Assembly: GCA_965248255.1 (NCBI GenBank)
Contig: CBDFIW010000004.1
Span: 578,083 to 642,082, forward strand
DNA: 64,000 nucleotides
Origin: Bryobacterales bacterium
GTDB lineage: Bacteria > Acidobacteriota > Terriglobia > Bryobacterales > UBA6623
Direction of reading: 5' to 3'
The notes below the pieces were generated by a model, which had not been told where the DNA came from, searched no databases, and saw only the letters and a list, made by a program, of their open reading frames with translations. Positions within the stretch are counted from its first letter, which is position 1. Every line of letters begins with the position of its first letter. Position numbers and translations under genes: made by a program. Shown piece after piece: positions 28,720 to 42,423 of this stretch.

Positions 28720-29309
28720 ATGAAACGAGCATTGCTATTGGCGGTGTTAGTCGCCGTCCCTGGTTTGGTTTTTGCAGAAACAGAAATTGCCTCGTTTGGA
28801 TTGATGATGAATTCCACTAACGTGCCGAGTGTGATCGGGGATCGGTCAACCGGCGGCGGAGACATCTCGATTCGAATCGATCGCGATGCCGACGGAACGG
28901 CAACCAGCGCTTACGTCACGTTTCGTTTGAACTGGCGGTTCGATGGGGAGCAAAGCGTGACGGCGGCGCACATTCACAGGGGTGGTGCGGGAATGAGCGG
29001 GCCCGTGGTTGTCGGCACGGGCTTGATGGGCCCGCTGATGACGGATCCGCGGGGCGGGGGGGGAACTTCATCAATATGGTCGAGATGGAGACTGACGACC
29101 TCGCGGTGGTCGAGGAGATTCTGGACGGTCCAGGCGGGTTCTATATGAATGTGCATACGACTGCACACCGTGGCGGACACATACGCAGCCAGTTGCTGCC
29201 GCGAGCGACGAGTTTGATCAGTGACCATAACGACGCCCTGCAGGCAAAGCTTGACGAAGTGAACGACCTGCTCAGGCGTGTGGCTAGTCGCTTGGGCCTC
29301 AGTCCTTAG
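28720..29309 (+). pseudogene. CHRD-domain secreted protein with a frameshift at a G8 run (29056-29063)
   Basis: Signal peptide; CHRD motifs TAAHIHRGGAGMSGPVV and, in the shifted frame, FYMNVHTTAHRGGHIRSQL. Confidence 0.8.
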
Positions 29310-29824
29310 ACTTTGGCTGAAGGATTCACGTTTTTCAAGGTGCGGGCGATCCCGATTCCGGGGTCGCGCCGCCTTGGTTAGGCCGGTTTCAAGAACCAAT
29401 CCTGTCTGCAAGAATCAGACCGGTCCGAATTAGCTTCAGCTTCGGTTTGGCCTGCTTGAGCCCCGAGCAGAGGTAGGCTTCGAGGTTCTGATTGTCGATG
29501 CCGAGCGGTATCGGAGGCCACAAGTACGATTCGACAGCGACCTTGAAGGCATACCAGAGCCCATCTGTAGCCGTTCTTCTGAGTCTGAGCGCCTTGCCGA
29601 CGACATCCTCAGGCGGCTCTCGGTGTTGCCTGTACCGGGAGGGTAGCGGCCACAGCCCGGAAACAGCAGCAGTGGCGGGTTGCCGAAGGGAAGCGTCGGA
29701 GAAGTGTCGCTGGCGGCCCGCTCACTCAACGGCCTGCAGGACGCGGATCGGAGACTCAAGTCGGCGTCGAATGTGAGACCAGCACGACAATCATTGCATC
29801 GGAACTGTGGCCTCGACTACCCTA

Positions 29825-30918
29825 TTGAATCCCGCAAATTATTATGACACTTTTTGACAGTGTGGGGCATCTATATATGTATGGGCAACCCCAAAGGTGT
29901 GAAGCGGGATTTCAAGGCGCTGGAGAAGCGCCGTTTCGAAGCGATGCGGCTGCTCCACCAAGGCCACAATCAGTCCGAGACGGCGAGACGGCTGAACGTC
30001 GCTCGCCAAACCGTCAGTGAGTGGCGGCGGCAATACCGCGAGCAGGGTGCGGCCGGACTCCGCCAGGCCGGGCGCGCCGGACGCAAGCCGCTCCTCGATG
30101 CCGCACAACGCGAACGCCTGACGTCGCTGCTGCTGGAAGGCCCGGAAGCCCACGGCTTCCCAACGCCCCTGTGGAGCTGTCCGCGGGTGGCTCGGCTGAC
30201 CGGAGACGAGTTCGGGGTCGCATACCACGCAGGCCACGCCTGGAAGATCCTGCGAGCGCTCGACTGGAGCCCGCAACGCCCGGCCGGAAAGGCGCGCGAG
30301 CGCAACGAAGAGCGGATCCGCACCTGGAAGCGCAAGACCTGGAAGCGCATTAAAAAAAAGCCCAAAACGAAGGCCGTACGCTCGTCTTCATCGACGAAAG
30401 CGGATTGAGTCAGAAGCCGCATCGCTGCCGCACCTGGGCGCCACGTGGCCAAACACCGGTGCTGCAGTTTAACTTCAACTGGGAGAAGCTTTCCGTCTCG
30501 GCGGGGCTGACGCTGCGTAACTTCTACTTCCGGCTCTATCCCGGTGCGATCGGCAAAGAGCAAGTGACCGACTTTCTCAAGGCGTTGGTACGTCATATCG
30601 ATCGCCCGCTGCTGATCGTCTGGGATCGGCTGCCGGCGCACCGTAGCCGCCTGGTGCAAGAGTTCATCGAACTCTCCGAAGGCCACATCGCAACCGAGTA
30701 CTTGCCACCCTATGCGCCGGAGTTGAATCCGGTGGAATACATCTGGGCTTACTGGAAGCAGCACGAGTTGCCGAACGTCTGTCCGAAAGACTACGGCGAG
30801 CTGAACGAGCGGGCCCGCAAGGCACTCCGCCGCATGTACCGCAAACCGCGTTTGATCACGGCCTTCTGGAAACAGTCTTCTCTTTGTTTTGACTGACTCT
30901 ATATTATGCGGGAGTCAA
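29825..30918 (+). mobile_element. IS630-family element, copy A (1094 bp), TA-flanked, two ORFs joined by a -1 frameshift
   Basis: IR ttgaatcccgca / tgcgggagtcaa; TA at 29823-24 and 30919-20; A8 slippery site at 30352-30359 gives ...KKAQNEGRTLVFIDESG; WDRLPAH and PELNPVE motifs. Confidence 0.93.
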
Positions 30919-30920
30919 TA

Positions 30921-31161
30921 GGTAGGCGTATGCGTCTTCAATGTTCTTTTCCAAGCCCCAGCCAAATAGGAGGCCAAGGAGATAACCAACCTTCTTCCCG
31001 ATCGTTCTCCCCAGCACATCGAAAGTACCCACGCCAGGGTCGTAGAAGGCAATCTGCTCTTGATCCCGAACGAAGGCCTCGTAGGCGCCCACGACGTTCG
31101 TATTGTTTTCCCCGTATTCGTTACCGGTGCCGTCACAACAAATGATGATGTTCTTGGCCAT
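30921..31161 (-). pseudogene. DUF2235 (Tle1-like alpha/beta hydrolase) N-terminal fragment truncated at IS630
   Basis: MAKNIIICCDGTGN...TNV...YDPGVGT...GWGLEKNIEDAYAYL. No continuation on the other side of the IS. Confidence 0.85.
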
Positions 31162-31758
31162 GCAGGAATCTCTTTCTTCCAAATCTTAGCTGCGGCTTTG
31201 CGCCCGAACCACTGAGCGTTGTTATCGTTATCTTCTTCAGGACACTCCAGGCAAGGGGTATACCGCGTTGGCACCGAAGCCAGAAGCCCACGTCTCCGAC
31301 GTGGGTCCAGTGTTTTCTTTCAGAAGTTGGCGCTCGCATGAAACTACGGAGCGCACACCGTGTGGTGCAGGCCTTCTGGCCGGCATCGTCGACCTCCGGG
31401 TCGACGTCTCTGCGCGCACATCCCTTGCTGCCCCGGGCCGGGGAGAAGACCGGCGCGGACGGCGGTCCTGCCCGCCAGAGGCGCGCGCCACGCCCGATCT
31501 ATTTCTCCTAATAAGCACTCGAGTTTCTGGAAGCGAGTACTAGGCCTGTTGATCCGCACGTTTAGGCTCATGAACGAAGATTTCCGTTTGTCGTCTCTTC
31601 GCACCGGTAGTGTACTCCCGAGGTCGGCTCCATCGCAAGGTTTTTGTCCAAACCTGGGCCCTCGCTCAAGGCTATCTCCATGAGCCATCACCCGGCGACC
31701 CGGGGCAGGCCGGCCGCAGGGCCCGAACGGATCGGCTCGGCGGAGCTATGATGCGCAG

Positions 31759-33471
31759 ATGAAACGGCTGGCAAACTGCCTCGTCACAGCAGCCACGCTT
31801 GCCCTCATACTCGCAGGAGTGTCTCCCGCTGCAATCGGACCCCACGAGGTGATGGTCCCGATGAGGGACGGCGTGAAGCTGCGGACCAAGATCGTCCGGC
31901 CGGGACCTGGCCGCTTTCCCGTCGTACTGATCCGTGGATACGACACCGACTTCTGGGGAGGCATCTCGGGCCGCTTCGTCGAGGTGGGGTACGTGCTCGT
32001 GGGCCAAGCGACTCGCGGGCACCTCGGCTCCGAAGGCGCGCAAGGGATGGACAACCGCTTCTTCGACGATGCGAAAGATGGCCACGACGGTATCGACTGG
32101 GTCAGCCGCCAGCCGTGGTGCAACGGCAAGATCGCGATGTACGGCAGCTCGTACTATGGCGCCACGCAATGGCTGGCGGCGCCGGAAGGGCATCCGAACC
32201 TGAGGGCCATCGTTCCCCAGAACGTCAATCCCGATCTTTGGCACCGTGCCTATCGGGACCACGGAGCCCTCCAACTCGCGCACACCGCCAGGCGCATCTA
32301 CGATTACTCCCCCGACGCCAAGCAGAAAGTAGAGCGCTTCGGATTTTGGAACTGGTATCGGCATTTACCTCTCATCACTCTCGATACCGTTGCCGGCACG
32401 CGCCCTAACAAGCTGTACAACGACTACTTGACTCATTCGACCTACGATGACTTCTGGAAAGCCATCGGCACCCGGGAGAAACTCCACAGAATCAAGATTC
32501 CCGTCTACCTCATGAGCGGCTGGTACGACAACTATCCCGGCGCCACGCTCCAGTACTTCGAGGAACTCACGAAGCTCGGAGCGACTGAGGAAATCCGGGT
32601 CGCCATCAGTCCGACGACGCACAGCAGGAACAGAGTGGTGGGAGATCGTGACTTCGGTGACAATCCCGAGAAGGACGAGATCGGGTTAGCCATCCGCTGG
32701 CTGGACTCCGTCATCAAGGGGGTTGACAACGGCGTCCGCGAGGAGCCCAAAGTACGCATCTTCGTAATGGGCGTCAATCAATGGCGGCTGGAGCGCGAGT
32801 GGCCGCTGTCGCGGACCCGCTTCAGCGAGTACTACTTCCACGCCAATGGAGGCAAGGACGGGGTGTTGAGCACGGATCCCCCCGTGGACGAGCCACCCTC
32901 AATCTACCGCTATGATCCCGACGATCCGGCGCCCACGCTGGGGGGCAATCATTCCGCCACCGCCGTTCCCGGCGTGATCCGCGCGGGACCCGTCGACCAG
33001 CGGCCCAACGAGAACCGCACAGATGTGCTGGTTTTCACCAGCGCGCCACTGCCCGAGGACCTCGAGGTCACCGGACCCGTGGCCGTGAAGCTGCACGCCG
33101 CTTCTTCAGCTCCCGATACCGACTTTATCGCTCGGCTGATCGACGTCTACCCGGACGGCACCGCCTACAATCTCACGGAGGGAATCATTCGCGCCCGTTT
33201 TCGCGAGTCGATCTGGGAACCGCCGCGGCTCCTGGAACCCGGCAAGATCTACGAGTACACCATCGATCTCCTTGCGACCAGCAACGTCTTCTTGAAGGGT
33301 CACCGCATCCGCGTTCACATCACCAGCAGCAACTTCCCGATGTGGGACCGCAATCCGAACACGGGTCATGACCAGGGAGTCGATGTCGAGATCGCGGTCG
33401 CCGAACAGACCATCTATCACGACCAAGCGCGTCCGTCACACATCCTATTGCCCGTGATTCCAGCTGAGTAG
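31759..33471 (+). CDS. CocE/NonD family (peptidase S15) serine hydrolase, secreted
   Basis: EVMVPMRDGVKLRT, GSSYYG nucleophile, MSGWYD and a PepX_C-like C-terminus. Confidence 0.92.
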   Translation: MKRLANCLVTAATLALILAGVSPAAIGPHEVMVPMRDGVKLRTKIVRPGPGRFPVVLIRGYDTDFWGGISGRFVEVGYVLVGQATRGHLGSEGAQGMDNRFFDDAKDGHDGIDWVSRQPWCNGKIAMYGSSYYGATQWLAAPEGHPNLRAIVPQNVNPDLWHRAYRDHGALQLAHTARRIYDYSPDAKQKVERFGFWNWYRHLPLITLDTVAGTRPNKLYNDYLTHSTYDDFWKAIGTREKLHRIKIPVYLMSGWYDNYPGATLQYFEELTKLGATEEIRVAISPTTHSRNRVVGDRDFGDNPEKDEIGLAIRWLDSVIKGVDNGVREEPKVRIFVMGVNQWRLEREWPLSRTRFSEYYFHANGGKDGVLSTDPPVDEPPSIYRYDPDDPAPTLGGNHSATAVPGVIRAGPVDQRPNENRTDVLVFTSAPLPEDLEVTGPVAVKLHAASSAPDTDFIARLIDVYPDGTAYNLTEGIIRARFRESIWEPPRLLEPGKIYEYTIDLLATSNVFLKGHRIRVHITSSNFPMWDRNPNTGHDQGVDVEIAVAEQTIYHDQARPSHILLPVIPAE

Positions 33472-35743
33472 CGCGGAATAGCAATGACAAACTGGAGCAG
33501 AACGGGCTGATCTGATGAACCTACCCCCCTGGAACCTACCAGGCCAGCGCTGAGCTGGAGGGCTTCGCGACTGTGCAGCGGACCGTGGAGGCGAGGGCAT
33601 CCCAGACGGCCGTCGCCTTTTTCTGGCTCAATCTCTCGGAGGTTGGCGCCGACGAACTCATCGTCTCGGGTGAGAACCCCACGAATCACACCGAGGCCGG
33701 CTAGTCATCCGCTGGTGCGACGGCGATCGTCACGTCGTCGCGGCTGCGAAAGATGTTATCGTCTCCACAGTCCACTTCAATGACGATCGGAACGGCGTCG
33801 GCGGGCTCCACACCTCCAGGCACGATGGCGTTGATTTGATTCAATGCCACAAACTGTGGCTGCAAAAAGGCCCCCGGTACCTGTGCTTCGATCCCTCCGA
33901 TGAAGACCCGGACCGTCTTGGCCGCAAGGAGAATGGGCGCTCCCGGCTCCGGGATATCGCCACTCGGCACCGTGCCGGTGAGTGGTCCGAGACCATTGGC
34001 CCAGAGCGTGATGATGCCGCCGATCTTGGCTGGGTTCTCGTTGACAATGGGTTGGCCCTTTGCATCAGGCGGCGGGCCGTCGACCACGGACATGCCCGCC
34101 GGCAGCCCAACGTCAGGCATTGTATCGAGAACGCTGGTAGTGCCCACCATGCCGCTGATCTGCTCGAAGATCGTCACTTTGAAGTTGAGCCGGCCATCGT
34201 CTCCGCCAAGCAGCGCCAATGGCACAACTGCGTCCATGCCATCCGCCACGAATGTTATCGTGCCCGCACCCTCTAACAGGAATGCGCCGACCGCAGTATC
34301 GAACCTGAAAGCCTCTGCCTCCGTTCCGAGGTCGCCTCCCAAATCGACCAAGAAGTCCGTTCCAATATCGTCGCAGTCCGGTGCGCAATTGAAAGTCGTC
34401 CCGGGACTCCCTGTGCTTGGATCTTGGTCCGTGTCGAGCGAGAAAACGGCTTGCGTGAGCGCCTGATCGAACGTGCCGGCCTTGAAACGAAGTGAAAGGT
34501 GCAAGTCGGTCCCGTCGCTGGTAACGCTCGCCGCAACCACGTCGGGATCGGGGTCGTCGTTCACGCTGGGCTGCGCATCGTCGTCCGGGTCGGTAACGGT
34601 GCCGGTTGGCTGGGGCACACTGCCGCAAAGGTCCGGGGACAGATTGAAAGAGGCACAAAACGTGCCGGGGCTCTGGGCGTACTCAAGCCGGGCCGGATCG
34701 TCGGGTATGAAGTTGGTGACGATGCCCGGGCCAGGGCCGAACTCCAACGAATAGATGCCCGGGGAAGCCGGAGCCACCCAGATTTCCCGAGGCTCGCTGG
34801 AAACGCCGTTGCTGGTGATGACTAACGTGGCCGCCGTTTTCTCAGGAGTTGCCAGAACCTCCCAAGGGAGCTGCCCGTTGAACTGATCAAAGCCGACTCC
34901 CGAGTCCTCGCCGCGGAAGACGCCGAACAGCGGCATCGCAATGCCATCGACCGTTGCCGTAAGGTCACCCAGAGTGACATCGAGGGGAATCTGTTGAGAG
35001 GAGAGGGGCACGGTCGAAGGGCTCGCCAGATGAGAGGCGAAACCCTCGCCGAAGACCGTCACCGCCGAGCCCGGCGCAACGGCGTGCCCGGGTTCGCCCT
35101 CCGGAACCGAAGTCGCGGCGTTAAAGACACCAGTGACCAATAGGTACGCCCGCGGGCGGCCCGCCATCGAGCGCGGACGTGCCCGCCGGCAGTCCCGTAT
35201 CCGGCATCGTGTCGAGAATACCGCTGGAAAAACCAGGACCGCCGATCTGCTCGAACATCAGCACCTTGAAGTTGAGCAGGCCGTCATCTCCGCCAAGCAT
35301 CGCTAGTGGCACGACGGCGTCCATGCCGTCCGCCACGAATGCCACGGCGCCAGGGACCATGACGTTCGAGGAGATCGTGTTGCAACCAGAGAATCCCAGC
35401 AGCAGTGCCCCCATGCCGAGGTCCGCGCCCATCTCCAGCTGGAAGTCCACGCCAAGCTCTTCTGCGTCCGTCTCACAACCGGAAGTTGTACCCGGAGTCC
35501 CCGTGGCTGGATCCTGATCGGTATCGAGAGCGAACGCTGCTCCCGTGAGCGTCTGATCGAATGTCCCGGGCTTGAAGCGAACCGAGAGGTGCAGATCGGT
35601 CCCGTTGCTGGTGACGCTAGCCGAAATCAGGTCGGGATCGGGGTCGTCGTTCTCGCTGGCAACTGCATCGTCATCCGGGTCAGTGACGGTGCCAGGGGCG
35701 GGCCCCGCCGAGAGATGCAGCGGGAACATGAGGCAAACTACTA

Positions 35744-36907
35744 GTGTAGTGCGTCAAGCAGATTGCACCTTATGCAGGGCGGCACGTCCGCGCTTGACTT
35801 TCTCGAGGATGTCGGAGGCGGTCGCGGTCCAGATGAAGGGCGTGGGATGCCCGTTGTGCTGGGCGATGTAGTCGTCAATGGCGGCGACGAGCTCGTCCAC
35901 GCTGCGAAACACGCCGCGGCGCAGGCGCTTGACGGTGAGATCGCGAAAGAATCGCTCGACCATGTTCAGCCACGACGCCGAGGTCGGGGTGAAATGAATG
36001 TGGAAGCGCGGGTGACGATCGAGCCAACGCTTCACAGCGGCATGCTTGTGGGTGGCATAGTTGTCCACGATGAGATGAAGCTGTTTGTCCTTGGGAGTGC
36101 GGCGGTCAATTAAGCGCAGGAAGCGCAGCCATTCCTGGTGGCTGTGTCGGGGCATGCACTCGGCGATCACGCTGCCGTCAAGGCTGTTGAGCGCCGCAAA
36201 CAGGGTGGTCGTGCCGTTGCGCTTGTAATCGTGGGTCATCGTTTGGCCGCGTCCCTTTTTGAGCGGCAGGCCGGGCTGGGTGCGATCGAGGGCTTGGATT
36301 TGGGACTTCTCATCGAGCGAGAGAACCAGAGCATGCTCAGGCGGATTGAGATAGAGTCCGACGATGTCGTCGAGTTTCTCGGCGAAACGCGGGTCATTGC
36401 TGAGCTTGAGGGTCTTGACGCGGTGGGGCTTGAGGCCATGGGCGCGCCAAATCCGTCCCACGGTGGAAGCGCTGACGCCGGCCGCGGCGGCCATGGTGCG
36501 GCGGCTCCAGTGGGTGGCGTTGGACGGTTTCTCGCGGGTGGTCTTGTGGATGATCTGCTGTACTTTCTGCTTCGAGACGGCAGGTTTACGACCGGGCCGT
36601 GGGGCGTCTTTTGCAATGCCGGCGATGCTGCTTTCGAGAAAGCGCGTGCGCCAGCGGGCCACCAACTGCCGCGAGACACCGAGCTGTGCGGCGATCTGCT
36701 TATTCTCGAGACCGTCGGCGGCCAGCAGGGCAATCCTGGCTCGCAGGGCGAGACGAACGGCGACTTGGCGGCCGCGCGCGTAGCGGTCCAACTGCTTGCA
36801 TTGCGCTGTGTTCAAAGTTACTGGTTGTGCTCTTCGCATCCCATGCCTCCTGTTAATAGAGACGATGGGAAGCCAATATAAGTTACATTATTTATGGTGC
36901 ACTACAC
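35744..36907 (-). mobile_element. IS630-family element (different from copies A/B), single-ORF transposase 35754-36839
   Basis: Ends gtgtagtgc / gcactacac; TA at 35742-43 and 36908-09; DDE motifs [14 protein letters not shown] and [10 protein letters not shown]. Confidence 0.92.
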
Positions 36908-36909
36908 TA

Positions 36910-37738
36910 GGGCGTGTTAACACTAACGTAGGGTATCGAAACGTAGAGCCTCGACGATGAGGGCGAAGTGGAGGAAGGCGAGGAACATGACGTCGAGCTT
37001 GTCGAAGCGGGAGAAGATGCGGCGGAATCCCTTGAGCCGTCGGAAGAGTCTCTCGATCTCGTTGCGGCGGCGATAGAGCGCTCGGTCGTATTCCCACGGC
37101 TCCAGGCGGGTGCGCCGGGGCGGCACGACGGGAATCCATCCGAAATCCAAAGCCAGTTGGCGTGTCTGATCGTCCTCATAGGCGCCGTCCATCAGCAGCG
37201 GCAGCGGCTCGGGCAGTGGCCCCAGACCACCGAGCAGTTCGCGGCCCTGCTGGGCGTCGTGCGCTTGGCCGGGCGAGAGAGCGAAGGTTATCGCCGTTCG
37301 AGCATTTGCGGCAACCATATGAATCTTGGTGGTCCATCCGCCGCGGGATTTGCCGATCGCTTGCGGACCGTTTTTTTAACGCGCCCGTGCCGTCGGGATG
37401 AACCTTCACGATGGTCGAGTCCATTGACACGGCTTCGATTCGGATGCGGGCCAGCTGCTCGCGCTGCAGTTTCTCGAAGACGGCGTCGAGCACGCCGTTC
37501 TTCGACCAGCGGTTCATGCGGGTATAAATGGTGTGCCAGTTACCGAAGCGTTTAGGCAAGCCGCGCCATTTGCAGCCCTGCTCGGCGACATGCAACATGG
37601 CGTTCAAAACCGTGAGGTTCGGCAGGCTCACATTGCCGCGCTGGCGGGGCAGGACCGGCTCGATGCGGCGGTATTGCTGCTCGGTGATCTCCATACCTCC
37701 GAGTATAGCAGCTTTTGCGACTTAGTGTTAACACGCCC
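36910..37738 (-). mobile_element. IS5-family (IS427 group) element, 829 bp, -1 frameshift transposase
   Basis: Perfect 17-bp IR gggcgtgttaacactaa; TA flanks; orfA 37694 (WRGLPKRFGNWHTIY, SMDST); A7 slip site at 37371-37377 into orfB (GKSRGGWTTKIH, MDGAY, YRRRNEIERLFRRLK). Confidence 0.92.
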
Positions 37739-38650
37739 TAGTACTAACGTTCGTGTGCTTTTCATGCCTGAAGTCCTGTCGTGGTACGAGTTCTGGATTC
37801 TACGCATCTACCCGAGCGCTCGATCTGGGTCAGCGGGTTCCAAAGGGTACATCATGGCGCGGCGCGAGCGCAATGATTGCTGGTCCTCATGTGTCTCGTC
37901 CTCATGCTGCCGGATTTCGGTTCTGGAGGACAAGGCAATACCAAGCATCGACAAGTGTCAATGCGGCAGACGTGGGCGTCCGCGCCATGACTCGATTGGG
38001 CGCACCGGGGGTGCATGGCCTCATATTATCCTCCGCGTCGACGCTGTTTTTGCGCTGTTGGTGGCCGTTACCTCCGTATGACCTCCGCCGCGGTTGGGTC
38101 GGGGCGTCGGCGACTGGCGTGATTCGTGTCTCGTGTTGCGGCCTGAGTGGTTTGTACGGATTCCAGCCCATTGATTCCAGTTCAACGGTTTTCGGGTGCG
38201 TTCTTGGTGATACCGCTAGGCACCGTCGAGTACCCTAACGTGTTGAATTCTTGGGCCTTCTGGAAAGTGCACCTGGCACCCTGTGCCGCCCGATCCGAGC
38301 GTATGCCGCACAGTTGGTTTGCCATTCGGTTTGAAACTGAGCCCTCGAACCGGCCCCCCCCATTTCGCTCCCGCCGGACCATCCTACCAGCGAAGCCGGT
38401 TGACCGATTCCGTACGGAACCAAGGGCCGTCTCTTCACTCAGCGATCGGCTGGGCCAGGGTCACGACTTCTCCTGAAACTCTTCGGATTTTCCATCTCCG
38501 CGCCGGGGCCCGATGGCCCGGAACCATGTTCGGAAAAAAAGTGAAACGGTTGGGGTCTCACTCGTTACTATCCTATTGAACCGCGCCGCACATACATGGC
38601 CGGGTTCGAGTTCCAAAAACAACTCACAAGGACAATGAGAGGAGAAAACC

Positions 38651-39171
38651 ATGTGTAACACAGTGTTTCCGCCAGCCCAGACCACCGCGGCCCCCAATAC
38701 CTCAGGGACGGTGTCGCTGGCGACGTCGCCTTCGACCACTCTGCCGGGCACGATCGGAGGGACTTGTAGCCTGATCTGCTCTTCCCGACGCCGGACGACG
38801 CATCGCAGGTTCAGGTCTCGAGCGTCGCTGTCGTGAATCCGGAGACGAACGAACCCTTCCCCTGCTTCGGCCCGTTCAACCTGGACCAAGCCAGCCGAAG
38901 GGCCGCTCGCAGGGTGCTGCGCTCACTGAGCCTGCCCGTGCGGCCTCGCCGGCTGGACATCTGCGCCTTCGCGGCCCGCGTCACCGGGCCCATCCCCGAC
39001 GGGGCACGCGCCGAGATCCAGTGGGAGGTCAAGCTGAACGGCACCAAGCCTGAGCAGTTCAAGGAGCTCTTGGGAAGATTCCACGGTTGGGTCTCCGGCG
39101 AGCTGAACGGCCGCAGGTTCCGCCACCACACCTGCTTCACTCAGGTCGACAAGATCGCCTGGAAGGACTAG
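38651..39171 (+). pseudogene. Possible hypothetical gene split over two frames
   Basis: Strong RBS (GAGGAG) before ATG 38651. The protein-like frame 38770-39171 lacks its own start. Confidence 0.35.
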
Positions 39172-39279
39172 TAGGCAAGCGACCTGATCGCGGGGCCTGG
39201 CTCGGTCAGGCCCCGCATCACCTTCCGGCCGGGATCGCCCGCGTGAAGCCGGGGCCCCCGGATGTAAGCTGTTGAAACC

Positions 39280-39369
39280 TGGCGGTGAGGGTGGGATTCG
39301 AACCCACGGAGGCCGCAAGACCTCAACGGTTTTCGAGACCGCCCGATTCAACCACTCTCGCACCTCACC
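39280..39369 (-). tRNA. tRNA-Ser(CGA)
   Basis: GGTGAGG acceptor stem, anticodon loop CT-CGA-AA, long variable arm, GGTTCGAATCC T-loop and encoded CCA. Confidence 0.96.
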
Positions 39370-39476
39370 AGAGAGTCGCTTGACGGCTTCATTATAGCGT
39401 CCACCTTACGCTAGAGACCGTTGCGGAGGCTCGGCGGACGCCCTGCTAATGTAAGCTCCTTGGCTACAATGGGAGC

Positions 39477-39566
39477 GGAGGAATGGCCGAGTGGTTGAAG
39501 GCGGCGGTCTTGAAAACCGTTAGCGGGGTAACTCGCTCGGGGGTTCGAATCCCTCTTCCTCCGCCA
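39477..39566 (+). tRNA. tRNA-Ser(TGA)
   Basis: GGAGGAA acceptor stem, CT-TGA-AA anticodon loop, long variable arm, GGTTCGAATCC and encoded CCA. Confidence 0.96.
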
Positions 39567-39792
39567 TATATATTGTATAACTAATTTACAATAAGGAGTT
39601 TAATGAATTAAAATACAATCAATCCCACTAAGACATCCCACAGCTTGAGCTGCTAGCATGATGATTCTCAACTCTGGAAGAGAAACGTTGAGCCTGACTC
39701 GGTCAGTCCCATTATAATGCACGGATCGCGGCAGCGATCTTAACGGTGAATGGGACTAGCATCGGCAACGCTGCTTGACGAGGAGAGAGGGC

Positions 39793-42398
<2,606 letters not shown>

Positions 42399-42423
<25 letters not shown>

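Larger units (their letters stand above)
33701..37765 (-). pseudogene. Secreted TIGR03437-like protein carrying two copies of a ~175-aa module. Signal peptide split by tandem IS630+IS5, plus one frameshift near 35118.
   Basis: Removing both ISs restores MKSTRTLVLVVCLMFPLHLSAGPAPG. GVFNAATS...APGS...QFNGQLPWE...NGLGP...QINAIVP is the TIGR03437 pattern. Module copies at ~35155-35693 and ~34075-34603. Confidence 0.87.

Noticed and set aside
29400-29820. Gene fragment left of IS630 copy A (…PEDVVGKALRLRRTATDGLWYAFKVAVESYLWPP…)
   Set aside because: It looks protein-like on the minus strand but has no start and no family I can recognise, so it is not reported as a feature.
37800-38600. Hidden gene or RNA in the 0.8-kb gap
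   Set aside because: Only short ORFs with no motifs, and no clear stable structure or repeats.
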